This document shows, piece by piece, positions 39,661 through 47,804 of a stretch of 64,000 nt of DNA. This stretch comes from Ruminococcus sp. GTDB lineage: Bacteria > Bacillota > Clostridia > Oscillospirales > Ruminococcaceae. A program made the position numbers and the translations under genes. The notes beneath the pieces are model-generated. The model saw nothing but the letters and a program-made list of their open reading frames with translations. It made no database searches and was not told the origin of the DNA. Where the stretch lies: assembly GCA_017543335.1 (NCBI GenBank), contig JAFYGE010000013.1:20210-84209 (forward strand), written 5' to 3'. Within the stretch, counting starts at the first letter, position 1. Each line of letters begins with the position of its first letter.

Positions 39661-41286
39661 TCACCTCTTTCCGTTTTTACGGCACAATTCTATTACGCTC
39701 TCAACTGTGACAGCGTTTTCATAGTAACCTCTTGTCATTCTGCTTGCAGCTGTTGTGTAAAAATTATTCTCTGAAAAAAACTTTTCCGGACTTCCTGATG
39801 AAACTATCTTGCCGTTAAAAAACATCGCACATCTGTCGGAACAAAGTGCTGCAAATTCAACATCATGAGTCACTATAACTATTGTCATACCACCTTCAGA
39901 AAGCGACTTTATTACCTCGATTATCTTCTTTTTTGCGGAAGCGTCCAGACCTTTTGTCGGCTCATCGAGAAGAAGCAGTTTTGGTTCAGCTGCAAGAATT
40001 TTTGCAAGTGCAACAAGCTGCTGTTCTCCGCCTGAAAGGTCATACGGATGTTTATCAAGCAAATGAGCTGCCTCAAATGGGAGTTTATTTATGTCAGTTC
40101 CCGAATCTTCAAACTCTTCCCTGACTGTATTTCTCAAAAAAACCGTCTGCACATCCTGTGGAAGCATCGCAAGACACTTATTATAAAGTGAACGATTCTT
40201 GTAGTCCTTGATTTTTTTGCCGAATATTCTGACATTACCGCTATAGGCTTTAGCAAGTCCGGACGATACGTTCAAAGTAGTTGTCTTGCCTGAACCGTTT
40301 TCCCCGAGAATACAGTATATCTCTCCTCTTTTGACGGTCATGTCAAGTCCGTTAAGTATGTCACGTCCATTTTTTTCATATCTAAAGTAAACATCCTTGA
40401 ATTCGAGTGCAATTTCAGTTGACGTATTTTTTTCAGCCGTGTCAATATGGCTAATATCATTAAGGAAATTCGCTCTTATAAAATAACCTCCGTCACGCAC
40501 GGTAAGCGGACAATCATCATCATCGCTAAGCTCTGCATATATCCTTGCTGCCGACGGCATACATATTAAAAAGTCGCTCCTATTCTTCAATTGCCTGATG
40601 ACTTTTTTCGGGGAGTCATTCGCTATAAGCTTTCCATTATCCATTACTAAAAGTCTGTCACATATCGGAACAAGCTCTTCAAGCCGATGTTCAGCAATTA
40701 TAATAGTCAGTCCAAAATCCTGATTCAGTCTTTTCAGAGTAGCAATAAAGTCCGCAGCAGCTATTGGGTCAAGCTGAGCTGTAGGCTCGTCAAGAATAAG
40801 CAGCTCCGGCTGCATAACGAGTACAGCCGCAAGGTTAAGCAGCTGCTTCTGACCTCCAGACAACACTGAGACACTTTTATCATACCACGGTCCTATGCCG
40901 AAATAGCTCGCCATTTCAGCTACTCTTCTTGAAATATCGCTTTCAGGCACATTAAGATTTTCAAGTCCGAAAGCAAGCTCGTGCCACACCTTATCAGTGA
41001 CTATCTGCTGTTCTGGCTTTTGCATGACAAATCCTATTTTTGAAACAGCACTTCGCTCATCTAACGAATCAAGAGGTACTCCATTAAAGAGAAGCTTCCC
41101 TTTTTTTTCTCCGAGCGGTTCAAGTTCACGTTTAAGCATCCTGAGAAGTGTGGATTTTCCGCTTCCTGTCGCTCCGCAGAGCACATTTATCTCACCCTTA
41201 TTTATACTGAATGATATTTCATTTAAGGTGTTTTTATCGCATTTCGGGTACTTGAAACTCAGATCTTTGACTTCAAGTATTTCCAT
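39661..41286 (-). CDS. ECF transporter fused double ATPase (A-A')
   Basis: Two ABC cassettes: GATGSGKST/LSGGQKQ/LDEPT and GENGSGKTT/LSGGEQQ/LDEPT. Confidence 0.93.
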   Translation of the reverse strand: MEILEVKDLSFKYPKCDKNTLNEISFSINKGEINVLCGATGSGKSTLLRMLKRELEPLGEKKGKLLFNGVPLDSLDERSAVSKIGFVMQKPEQQIVTDKVWHELAFGLENLNVPESDISRRVAEMASYFGIGPWYDKSVSVLSGGQKQLLNLAAVLVMQPELLILDEPTAQLDPIAAADFIATLKRLNQDFGLTIIIAEHRLEELVPICDRLLVMDNGKLIANDSPKKVIRQLKNRSDFLICMPSAARIYAELSDDDDCPLTVRDGGYFIRANFLNDISHIDTAEKNTSTEIALEFKDVYFRYEKNGRDILNGLDMTVKRGEIYCILGENGSGKTTTLNVSSGLAKAYSGNVRIFGKKIKDYKNRSLYNKCLAMLPQDVQTVFLRNTVREEFEDSGTDINKLPFEAAHLLDKHPYDLSGGEQQLVALAKILAAEPKLLLLDEPTKGLDASAKKKIIEVIKSLSEGGMTIVIVTHDVEFAALCSDRCAMFFNGKIVSSGSPEKFFSENNFYTTAASRMTRGYYENAVTVESVIELCRKNGKR

Positions 41287-42137
41287 CTAATATTCACCGC
41301 CATTTCAATAATAAAAGGTAAAAATATCAGGACGCTGTAGGCTATTGCTCCGACAGTCCCAACTGCTCCCATATCAGCACTATTTATCTTAGGATAAAAT
41401 CCATAATTAAATCGACCTGAGATCATGCCGATAACTGTTGCTGTCAGCAGTGAAAGGTCTGTCAGGATAAAGAGCACATCAGAAGTACGGAAGCTGAAAT
41501 TTGAATAGCAGCTCCTTTTGCCTACTCCAAATCCTCTTGCCTCCATGCTGTCAGCTGTAGTGATACCGTTTTCAAGTGCCCATGTTATGAGTATGGAATA
41601 GATCCGCATATTTGACCTTATATCGTCTATTATGTTGTCGTCCTTGAACAGTCCCATACCCTTTTGAGCGTTCCTCACTTTTTCTGTCTGCTCCCTGAAC
41701 ATAGGTACGTACCTCAGTGCCATTGACAGTACCAGCGATAATTTTGGCGACAATGCTCCGGTAATATATAAAAGCTTATCGCTGGTCATAATATGAGTAA
41801 AAGTCCTGAACCAGTAGAGTACTCCGATTATAATAGCCGCTGAATTTATCCCATATAGCAAAGCTTCAAGTGTTACAGGATTATTGTTCAGCACAAAAAG
41901 AACTGTAACTCCATTATGTGAAACAAGAGGATTTGCTGCTGCAAGTATCAGGAACAATATAAAAAAGCCTATATGCTCTTTATAACGTCTTTTTTTGTCG
42001 TAAGTAAGCAGACATATGATGCCGCCAACAAGCGATAATGCGGTCAGAACAGGATGTGTGTTGAACATCGCAACTCCGGTCACGCTGAAAAAATAAATAA
42101 AAATAGCAACCGGATTATACTCTGAAAAACTTCTCAT
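41259..42137 (-). CDS. ECF transporter T component
   Basis: TM bundle, ALRYVP, SMEARGF. Confidence 0.9.
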   Translation of the reverse strand: MRSFSEYNPVAIFIYFFSVTGVAMFNTHPVLTALSLVGGIICLLTYDKKRRYKEHIGFFILFLILAAANPLVSHNGVTVLFVLNNNPVTLEALLYGINSAAIIIGVLYWFRTFTHIMTSDKLLYITGALSPKLSLVLSMALRYVPMFREQTEKVRNAQKGMGLFKDDNIIDDIRSNMRIYSILITWALENGITTADSMEARGFGVGKRSCYSNFSFRTSDVLFILTDLSLLTATVIGMISGRFNYGFYPKINSADMGAVGTVGAIAYSVLIFLPFIIEMAVNIRWKYLKSKI

Positions 42138-44086
42138 TCCTCGTATACCTCATTAAGATCGTACCCCAATTCACAGGTATAAAGCCACTCTATTTCATCT
42201 CCCGGACTTAACTTATACTCACCACAGTTCCTTGACGGCGACTTGCCATTAACATGGTATACCCAACCCGAAAGATCACCGTATTCCATTTCGTAGATAT
42301 AGTTTATTCCGGAAATATATACCATTCCATGAGCTCCACCGCTGCTGCCTGTATTCTCAAAAGGTATTTTGTAAGTCCTTGAAGCTTCTGTAAGAATATC
42401 ATAGACCGTCTCACCGTCTTCAAGGTCGAACTCAGTAACGTCAAGTATCACGCCGTCTTTCGGTACGAACTCATTTTTTGCCTTGTCAACAATAGTGTCG
42501 CAGCGAATTGTCATTGTGACCGTTCCTATCGCATTTTCTTTGACGACCTTTTCGCCGTTGTAAAACTCGTCTTTCGTTTTTATATCAGTCAGCAGTACGA
42601 TAGTTACTCCGACTCCGGCTGCTACAGCTACAGCAATAAAGTTCTTATAATTGCGTTTACCTGTAATAAAAATTACAACACAAAGCACTCCTGCGGCTGC
42701 TATAATAATTATTATAGCTTTTGGCTTATAGTCACCTTTAGCCTTTTCGGAGCTTTTCTTATCTGTCTCACTCTTAGCCGCTGTCATACTTGCAGTCTCG
42801 GTTGTTTCTGAAACTTTATTTTCCGCAAGTACTTTTTCTGAGGTCGATGATTGTTTTGCTTTAGTAGATGTATTCTTAGCTGATACGCTCGTAGCAGTCG
42901 TATTTCCGGACTTTTTTCCGCTTCGAGCTGTTGTGGCAGCACTTGAATTGACAGTTGTTCCATGCGGTACAGTTCCGTTGTTTTCGGACTGCTGCACCTG
43001 AGTACCGTTATCAGCAACAGTATTTTCGGTTCCGGTATTATTTGAAGTACTATTATTGTTATTGCCTGTATGAGTATTTACATTTTCTTTTCTTTCAGTC
43101 GGTCGAGGCACTTCACTTCTTGCGACCGGCTGTCGTCTGTCAAATACAAGCAGCGGCGAACTACCTTCCGCCATACGGCAATATGATACTAAAGAATAAT
43201 AAACCTGCATTGTAGCAGTCTCGTTCTGCACACACGGAGTTGTATGACTGAAACTGCCGTCGTCAAGTCTGTACTGCATCATACCGTCGATGAGCGTATT
43301 GCCGTCTTTTATGAACCTGCTTTCGCTGTTCGCATCGTATCCAAGTGACGAAAGTGCGACCAGTACCTGAGCTGTACTCTCCGCATTAGGAGTTCCAAAA
43401 CTTACGTAGCCTCCGTTATTCTGCTGATTAGCAGATAAAAAGTCAAGTCCACGCTCGACCGCATTCCTTACGTCACCTCGCTGAGAATACGCAGGAGCAA
43501 GTGCAGTTATTGTCATAGCAGTAACGTCAATATCGCCTTTTCCGCCAAATATAGCCCAGCCTCCGTCACCATACTGAAGTGAAAGAAGCGTATCTATTAC
43601 CCCGTCACGAGTATATTTCGAGCAGGAATAACCATTGTTAAGAACATGAAGTCCGTATATAAAACTCATTATTCCCTGTGCACCAATAGAGTTATCGAGA
43701 ATATCCTCGATATAAGCGTCGTTACTTCCGGCAGCACAAAGTGCAAGAGCATATTTCTCCCTTGATGTTGCTGACGGTACATTGTTATTATCAAGATATC
43801 TTTTTAATGCAACATTATAACTGTCAAAGTCATAGTCATCACTTTGACTCAGCGTCATAATGTACCATTCAGCTGTAGAGCCTGCCCCTGATGTAAGTTC
43901 TCCATTTATCCAGTCCTGAATATCGCCCGACCCTGATCTTTCAAGCTTATATGTAATTATACCGTCGATGATCTCACTGACTTCATCGACGGTATATTCC
44001 TGACCCTGAGCTTTGAATGGTGCAAAACTCAGAGTCAAAACGATCATTGAAATTATACTCAGAACTCTTGAAAGCCCCTTAGTCAT
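42134..44086 (-). CDS. Surface protein: prenyltransferase/squalene-oxidase-repeat alpha barrel, T/S/N linker, 2 TM and C-terminal DUF4430 domain
   Basis: Signal peptide; LQYGDGGW...DVTAM and QQNNGGY...ESTAQVLVALS repeats; C-terminal YISGIN...SGWVYHVNG...GDEIEWLYT. Confidence 0.8.
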   Translation of the reverse strand: MTKGLSRVLSIISMIVLTLSFAPFKAQGQEYTVDEVSEIIDGIITYKLERSGSGDIQDWINGELTSGAGSTAEWYIMTLSQSDDYDFDSYNVALKRYLDNNNVPSATSREKYALALCAAGSNDAYIEDILDNSIGAQGIMSFIYGLHVLNNGYSCSKYTRDGVIDTLLSLQYGDGGWAIFGGKGDIDVTAMTITALAPAYSQRGDVRNAVERGLDFLSANQQNNGGYVSFGTPNAESTAQVLVALSSLGYDANSESRFIKDGNTLIDGMMQYRLDDGSFSHTTPCVQNETATMQVYYSLVSYCRMAEGSSPLLVFDRRQPVARSEVPRPTERKENVNTHTGNNNNSTSNNTGTENTVADNGTQVQQSENNGTVPHGTTVNSSAATTARSGKKSGNTTATSVSAKNTSTKAKQSSTSEKVLAENKVSETTETASMTAAKSETDKKSSEKAKGDYKPKAIIIIIAAAGVLCVVIFITGKRNYKNFIAVAVAAGVGVTIVLLTDIKTKDEFYNGEKVVKENAIGTVTMTIRCDTIVDKAKNEFVPKDGVILDVTEFDLEDGETVYDILTEASRTYKIPFENTGSSGGAHGMVYISGINYIYEMEYGDLSGWVYHVNGKSPSRNCGEYKLSPGDEIEWLYTCELGYDLNEVYEE

Positions 44087-44993
44087 TTTCCTTGCGTCTG
44101 AATGCAAATGCTGCCGCTACTGACGCACCAAAAATAACTGCAACACTACCAAGACCTGAATCTCCGGTCTTTGGAGAGTTAGCTGTTGTAGTTGCTTTCT
44201 TAGTTTTTGTTGAAGTTGTAGTAGTAGTTGTTGTTGTTGTCGAGGTAGTTGTAGTAGTGGTTGTTGTAGTAGTAACATCTTCGTCAGCTTCAACATTCAT
44301 CAGTAATGCTGGAGGAACAAGTGTCTCAGTATCTGAAGTTGCACTGATAAGAATATCTTCACCAGCTTCATCAAGCTTTATAGTTACTTTTCCTTCGGCA
44401 TCTGTAACATATTCAGTTTTTTCGCCGTTAACAGTTATAGTTGCTCCTTCAACCGGACCTTCACCTACTCCGTCGTTGCCATATACAGGCTTTTTAAGAG
44501 TAAGCTCAAGCTCATCACCCTGCTTTGCTTCGCCGTTTCTGATGTTGAACCAGCAATACAGGTCAGACCACTTTAAAAGGTCAGTATATACAAATCCGTC
44601 TACATAGTCACCATCAGCAACAGGATCGCCAAGTCCGTTTGACATAATATTATTTACTGCGAAACCGTAGCCGCCGCCATTTTCAGCTCCCCACAATTTA
44701 TCGATCATAGGTCCGTAACTTCCAATAGATGACTTATATCCAGCTTCTGCTCCGCCTTCATAAAGTGCCTCATGTGCACAGTAAAATGCATCATCCAAAG
44801 TAAGCTCACCGTCATTATTGATGTCAGTTACCTCCACTTTCTCCTGAATAGCCACGAGTTTACCGTCTTTATCAGCTATTGTAAAATAAACAGATGCACT
44901 GTCATTGCTCTCGCTTTCAGCAGATACAGCGGAGATGCACATTGCTGAACAGCTAAGAATAAATGCGGATGTGATTGCAATTACTTTTTTCAT
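44079..44993 (-). CDS. Sortase-anchored surface protein with a DUF4430-like domain and an Ig-like domain
   Basis: Signal peptide MKKVIA (RBS AAGGAG), YGPMIDKLWG...YGFAVNN...DGDYV, TDAEGKV, poly-Thr linker, SPKTG plus TM plus RRK tail. Confidence 0.75.
   Translation of the reverse strand: MKKVIAITSAFILSCSAMCISAVSAESESNDSASVYFTIADKDGKLVAIQEKVEVTDINNDGELTLDDAFYCAHEALYEGGAEAGYKSSIGSYGPMIDKLWGAENGGGYGFAVNNIMSNGLGDPVADGDYVDGFVYTDLLKWSDLYCWFNIRNGEAKQGDELELTLKKPVYGNDGVGEGPVEGATITVNGEKTEYVTDAEGKVTIKLDEAGEDILISATSDTETLVPPALLMNVEADEDVTTTTTTTTTTSTTTTTTTTTSTKTKKATTTANSPKTGDSGLGSVAVIFGASVAAAFAFRRKEND
44200..44274 (-). repeat. Low-complexity Thr-codon run (poly-Thr linker)
   Basis: ACT/ACA/ACC codons encoding a run of more than 20 Thr interrupted by Ser. 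Confidence 0.8.
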
Positions 44994-45024
44994 ATAAATC
45001 GACTCCTTAAAGAATTGTGACAAC

Positions 45025-45052
45025 AAAAAAGCCTTTCTGAAAGCAGAAAAGC
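45025..45052 (-). terminator. Expression-platform terminator of the riboswitch leader
   Basis: GCTTTTCTG-CTTT-CAGAAAGGC-TTTTTT upstream of the RBS. Confidence 0.65.
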
Positions 45053-45123
45053 ACAACAATAAAACTGTCTGAAAACAGTTTCTGCGGCACACGCTTTTCA
45101 TTGTCCAAAAACGTTTATTACCA

Positions 45124-45218
45124 ACAGTTCCGACGAGCGACCCGGCTTGTGGATCTTTCCAGATACGGTAGTGACTGCTGCTGCGGATTCCGACCGCATT
45201 CCCTCAGTTTCGGACTGC
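45124..45218 (-). promoter_or_regulatory. Cobalamin riboswitch (compact variant)
   Basis: Minus strand reads AGGGAA-TGCGGT-CGGAAT-CCGCA-GCAG...CTACCGTA...AAGCCGGG...; outer pairing CAGTCCGA/TCGGAACTG; sits upstream of ECF/DUF4430 genes. Confidence 0.8.
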
Positions 45219-45225
45219 ATATAAT

Positions 45226-45254
45226 AGTATAACATATTGAATATTCAAAGTCAA
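45226..45254 (-). promoter_or_regulatory. sigma-A promoter of the B12 operon
   Basis: TTGACT-17 nt-TATACT immediately 5' of the riboswitch. Confidence 0.7.
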
Positions 45255-45300
45255 TCATATTATATTAAATTTTCTCCCACATTTTGTTATCACCATAATA

Positions 45301-45331
45301 AAAAAACTGACCGCATATAAAACGGTCAGTA
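45301..45331 (-). terminator. Terminator after the PBP gene
   Basis: ACTGACCG...CGGTCAGT plus a U tract on the minus strand. Confidence 0.7.
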
Positions 45332-45342
45332 TTATCATCTTC

Positions 45343-46806
45343 TCAGTTTCCTACTATAGCATTCACAACGCCCTGATAGAGCGGAGCAGAGTGGCTTGCA
45401 AAAGAATATCCGTGCTCAGCTGGATTTCTCACCTGCATAACAATTATATATGAACCGTCATAATTGCTGTAGTCGCCATAGTCTTTATTTCCTGAATCGT
45501 TCTGAGCCTTAACACAGCCTGTGATATAAAGGAAATCATTTTCCCATGTCTCAGCAGTACCGGTCTTAGTGTAGAGCTCGTAGCCCTGAGGTACATACAC
45601 ACCAAGTCCGGAGGCAACTCCGCTCATGCCGTTCAAAAGATTTTGACGGTAGTCCTGCGGTATAGAAGCTATAACTTCATTAGGCTTGCTTCCCTCGGCA
45701 ACCTGTGAATTTACATCTGTAGGAGAAGTTATGCTCTTTATTACAAAAGGCTTGACCATGTCACCTAAAACAGCTTCTCTGCCAAGAGCCGCAAGAAATA
45801 TCGGACAAGTAAGTACGTAAGACTGACCAAATGCTGTTCTTCTGAGGTCATCCTCACAGTATATCTCTACATTATTATGTATTTCTCCGAAATCGCAGTC
45901 GATCGGAGTAACAAAGTGGAAAATGTCATCCAGATCAGCGAGTACCGCATCTTTTCCTATCTGGTCAAAAGCCTTTGCAAAGAAGATATTGCTCGAATTT
46001 ACAAATGCCGAGCTCAGACTACGCTCCATAGGATATGAGCCATTTGTATCGTGATCCCAGTTTACTATCGATATACCGTCAAATTTCCACTCGCCCTCGT
46101 CATAAAGCGAGTACACTCCATGCTTATCGGCAATTACTTCCGACATGATCTTGAAGCATGAACCCGGTTCAAAATTCTGAAACGCTTTGTTTCCACATTT
46201 TCCCCATGCAAGCTCCTCATCGTAATCCTGTTTTTCAACAGTTCTCGGGTCGTACGAAGGGTAGGAAACCTGTGCGAGGAGTGAGCCGTCCGATCTCATT
46301 GCAACTACAGAACCAACTAAATTCATGCTCTGCATATACTGATATACAGCATTCTGAACATCTGCATCTATCGTCAGCTGTACCGACTGTCCGTTATCTC
46401 CGCCTGCCAGTATATCTTCAAAGGTCTTATCATAGCCATCTGACATAGATGTAACAAGATTTGCTGTTGAAACAGCATAGTCATCGGAGTAAACTCGCCT
46501 TGTTCCGTCCTCAGAATTGGTCACGAGCAATTTTCCTTTAACATCGTAAATGTTTCCCTTTTTCCCGTTTGACGATTTAGTTGTATTTTCAGTTACATTT
46601 TCAGTGGTCGAAGCAGTTGTCGACTCTTCTGAAGGAGCTTCAGCTGCTTCTGTTACAGCAGTCTGAATTGTTGTATCAGGCTCTGTCTGGCTGTTTTCCG
46701 GTTCATCCCTGCTAACGGTCGATGCACACGAAAACGTTGATATAAACATAACAGCTGATATAAAAGCTGCTGCTGATCTGCTAAAATCTGATCTCATTCT
46801 TTTCAT
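45343..46806 (-). CDS. Penicillin-binding transpeptidase-domain protein, probable lipoprotein
   Basis: EPGSCFK (SxxK), SSN (SxN), KTGT (KTG); TFSC lipobox-like signal and T/E-rich linker. Start 46806 or 46797. Confidence 0.85.
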   Translation of the reverse strand: MKRMRSDFSRSAAAFISAVMFISTFSCASTVSRDEPENSQTEPDTTIQTAVTEAAEAPSEESTTASTTENVTENTTKSSNGKKGNIYDVKGKLLVTNSEDGTRRVYSDDYAVSTANLVTSMSDGYDKTFEDILAGGDNGQSVQLTIDADVQNAVYQYMQSMNLVGSVVAMRSDGSLLAQVSYPSYDPRTVEKQDYDEELAWGKCGNKAFQNFEPGSCFKIMSEVIADKHGVYSLYDEGEWKFDGISIVNWDHDTNGSYPMERSLSSAFVNSSNIFFAKAFDQIGKDAVLADLDDIFHFVTPIDCDFGEIHNNVEIYCEDDLRRTAFGQSYVLTCPIFLAALGREAVLGDMVKPFVIKSITSPTDVNSQVAEGSKPNEVIASIPQDYRQNLLNGMSGVASGLGVYVPQGYELYTKTGTAETWENDFLYITGCVKAQNDSGNKDYGDYSNYDGSYIIVMQVRNPAEHGYSFASHSAPLYQGVVNAIVGN

Positions 46807-46840
46807 CCTTATTATGTATTCCGAACTACGGTATGATATA

Positions 46841-46869
46841 ATTATACATTTTTTTACAGGTTTAGTCAA
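46841..46869 (-). promoter_or_regulatory. sigma-A promoter of the PBP gene
   Basis: TTGACT-17 nt-TATAAT. Confidence 0.7.
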
Positions 46870-46902
46870 TATATGAAATATAAGCAATTTTCCTCAATTC
46901 TA

Positions 46903-46931
46903 TTGACTTTTTTTATATTACATTATATAAT
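46903..46931 (+). promoter_or_regulatory. sigma-A promoter of the rSAM/YGP operon
   Basis: TTGACT-17 nt-TATAAT, divergent from the PBP promoter. Confidence 0.7.
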
Positions 46932-46962
46932 AAAAATAAATATATTTATAGGGATGATAAAG

Positions 46963-47202
46963 ATGAAAAAAACTAAAAAAACTTTGATAACCGCAGGTAT
47001 CTTTGCAGCAGCTTTAGGTCTGACTGCTTGTAATGGTAATAATTCCAGTACGTCGTCAGATGTAAAATCTTCTGATACAACAGTTACCGAAAATACTGAC
47101 GCATCAGAAGAGGATGTAACTGAAATTGTTACCAATAGCTTATTTGATCCGGGAGAAAATAACGTTCCTTGCATCTATGGTCCGCCAGAGACCTTTGAAT
47201 AA
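46963..47202 (+). CDS. Small lipoprotein (79 aa) with C-terminal IYGPP motif; candidate rSAM substrate
   Basis: MKKTKKT...LGLTAC lipobox, S/T/D/E-rich spacer, ends NVPCIYGPPETFE. Confidence 0.8.
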   Translation: MKKTKKTLITAGIFAAALGLTACNGNNSSTSSDVKSSDTTVTENTDASEEDVTEIVTNSLFDPGENNVPCIYGPPETFE

Positions 47203-47226
47203 ATACAATGAAAGGAAAAGAAAAAA

Positions 47227-47793
47227 ATGAAAAAAACTAAAAAAACAGCCCTTACAGCTGCTGCATTTGCTGCCGCTGTCGGACTTAGCACCTACGGCAC
47301 TATCGTAAGCGGAACTTATGTCGACAAAGAGCTTAAAGCTAACGCAGATCAGTTCGACAATACAACTACTTACGGCAATACAACTACTATCCAGACCGTT
47401 TATGGTCCGCCATCATATTTCAATACTGATCCAACTGAAGAAACAGAGCCTATTTCCGAAACCGATCCAACAGATCCTTTAGATGCTCCAGATCCTGTTG
47501 AAACTGCGATCCCCGGAGATATAGACAATGACGGACAGATCGATTCTTTTGATCTTGCAAAGCTCCGCAAACTTATAAATACTGAAGGTGAGCTTGCACC
47601 TCCACTCACTGAAAACGGAAGACTTGATTATGACCTACTTGAAAAAGCTGATCTTACCCATGACGGAGCAATTGATAATAGTGATATTCATGCACTTCAG
47701 GCATATCTTAAAGGTGAAATAAAAAAACCAACAGATTTTGCAATTCCGGTACCGCTTTACGGTCCAGGTCCTGACTTTGGCATAGATAAATAG
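47227..47793 (+). CDS. Small secreted dockerin protein with VYGPP and LYGPG motifs; candidate rSAM substrate
   Basis: Signal MKKTKKTALTAAAFAAAVG; dockerin Ca loops GDIDNDGQIDSFD and ADLTHDGAIDNSD; YGP motifs on both sides of the dockerin. Confidence 0.85.
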   Translation: MKKTKKTALTAAAFAAAVGLSTYGTIVSGTYVDKELKANADQFDNTTTYGNTTTIQTVYGPPSYFNTDPTEETEPISETDPTDPLDAPDPVETAIPGDIDNDGQIDSFDLAKLRKLINTEGELAPPLTENGRLDYDLLEKADLTHDGAIDNSDIHALQAYLKGEIKKPTDFAIPVPLYGPGPDFGIDK

Positions 47794-47804
47794 GAGTAAA
47801 TATA

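Noticed and set aside
44092-44607. Plus-strand 171-aa poly-Val ORF
   Set aside because: It is the antisense reading of the poly-Thr linker.
44700-44725. SYGP in the sortase-anchored protein (also LYGP in the epimerase and the SSS transporter) as further rSAM substrates
   Set aside because: These lie within folded or membrane domains where YG is an ordinary family motif, not in disordered tails, and the proteins lack the shared leader.
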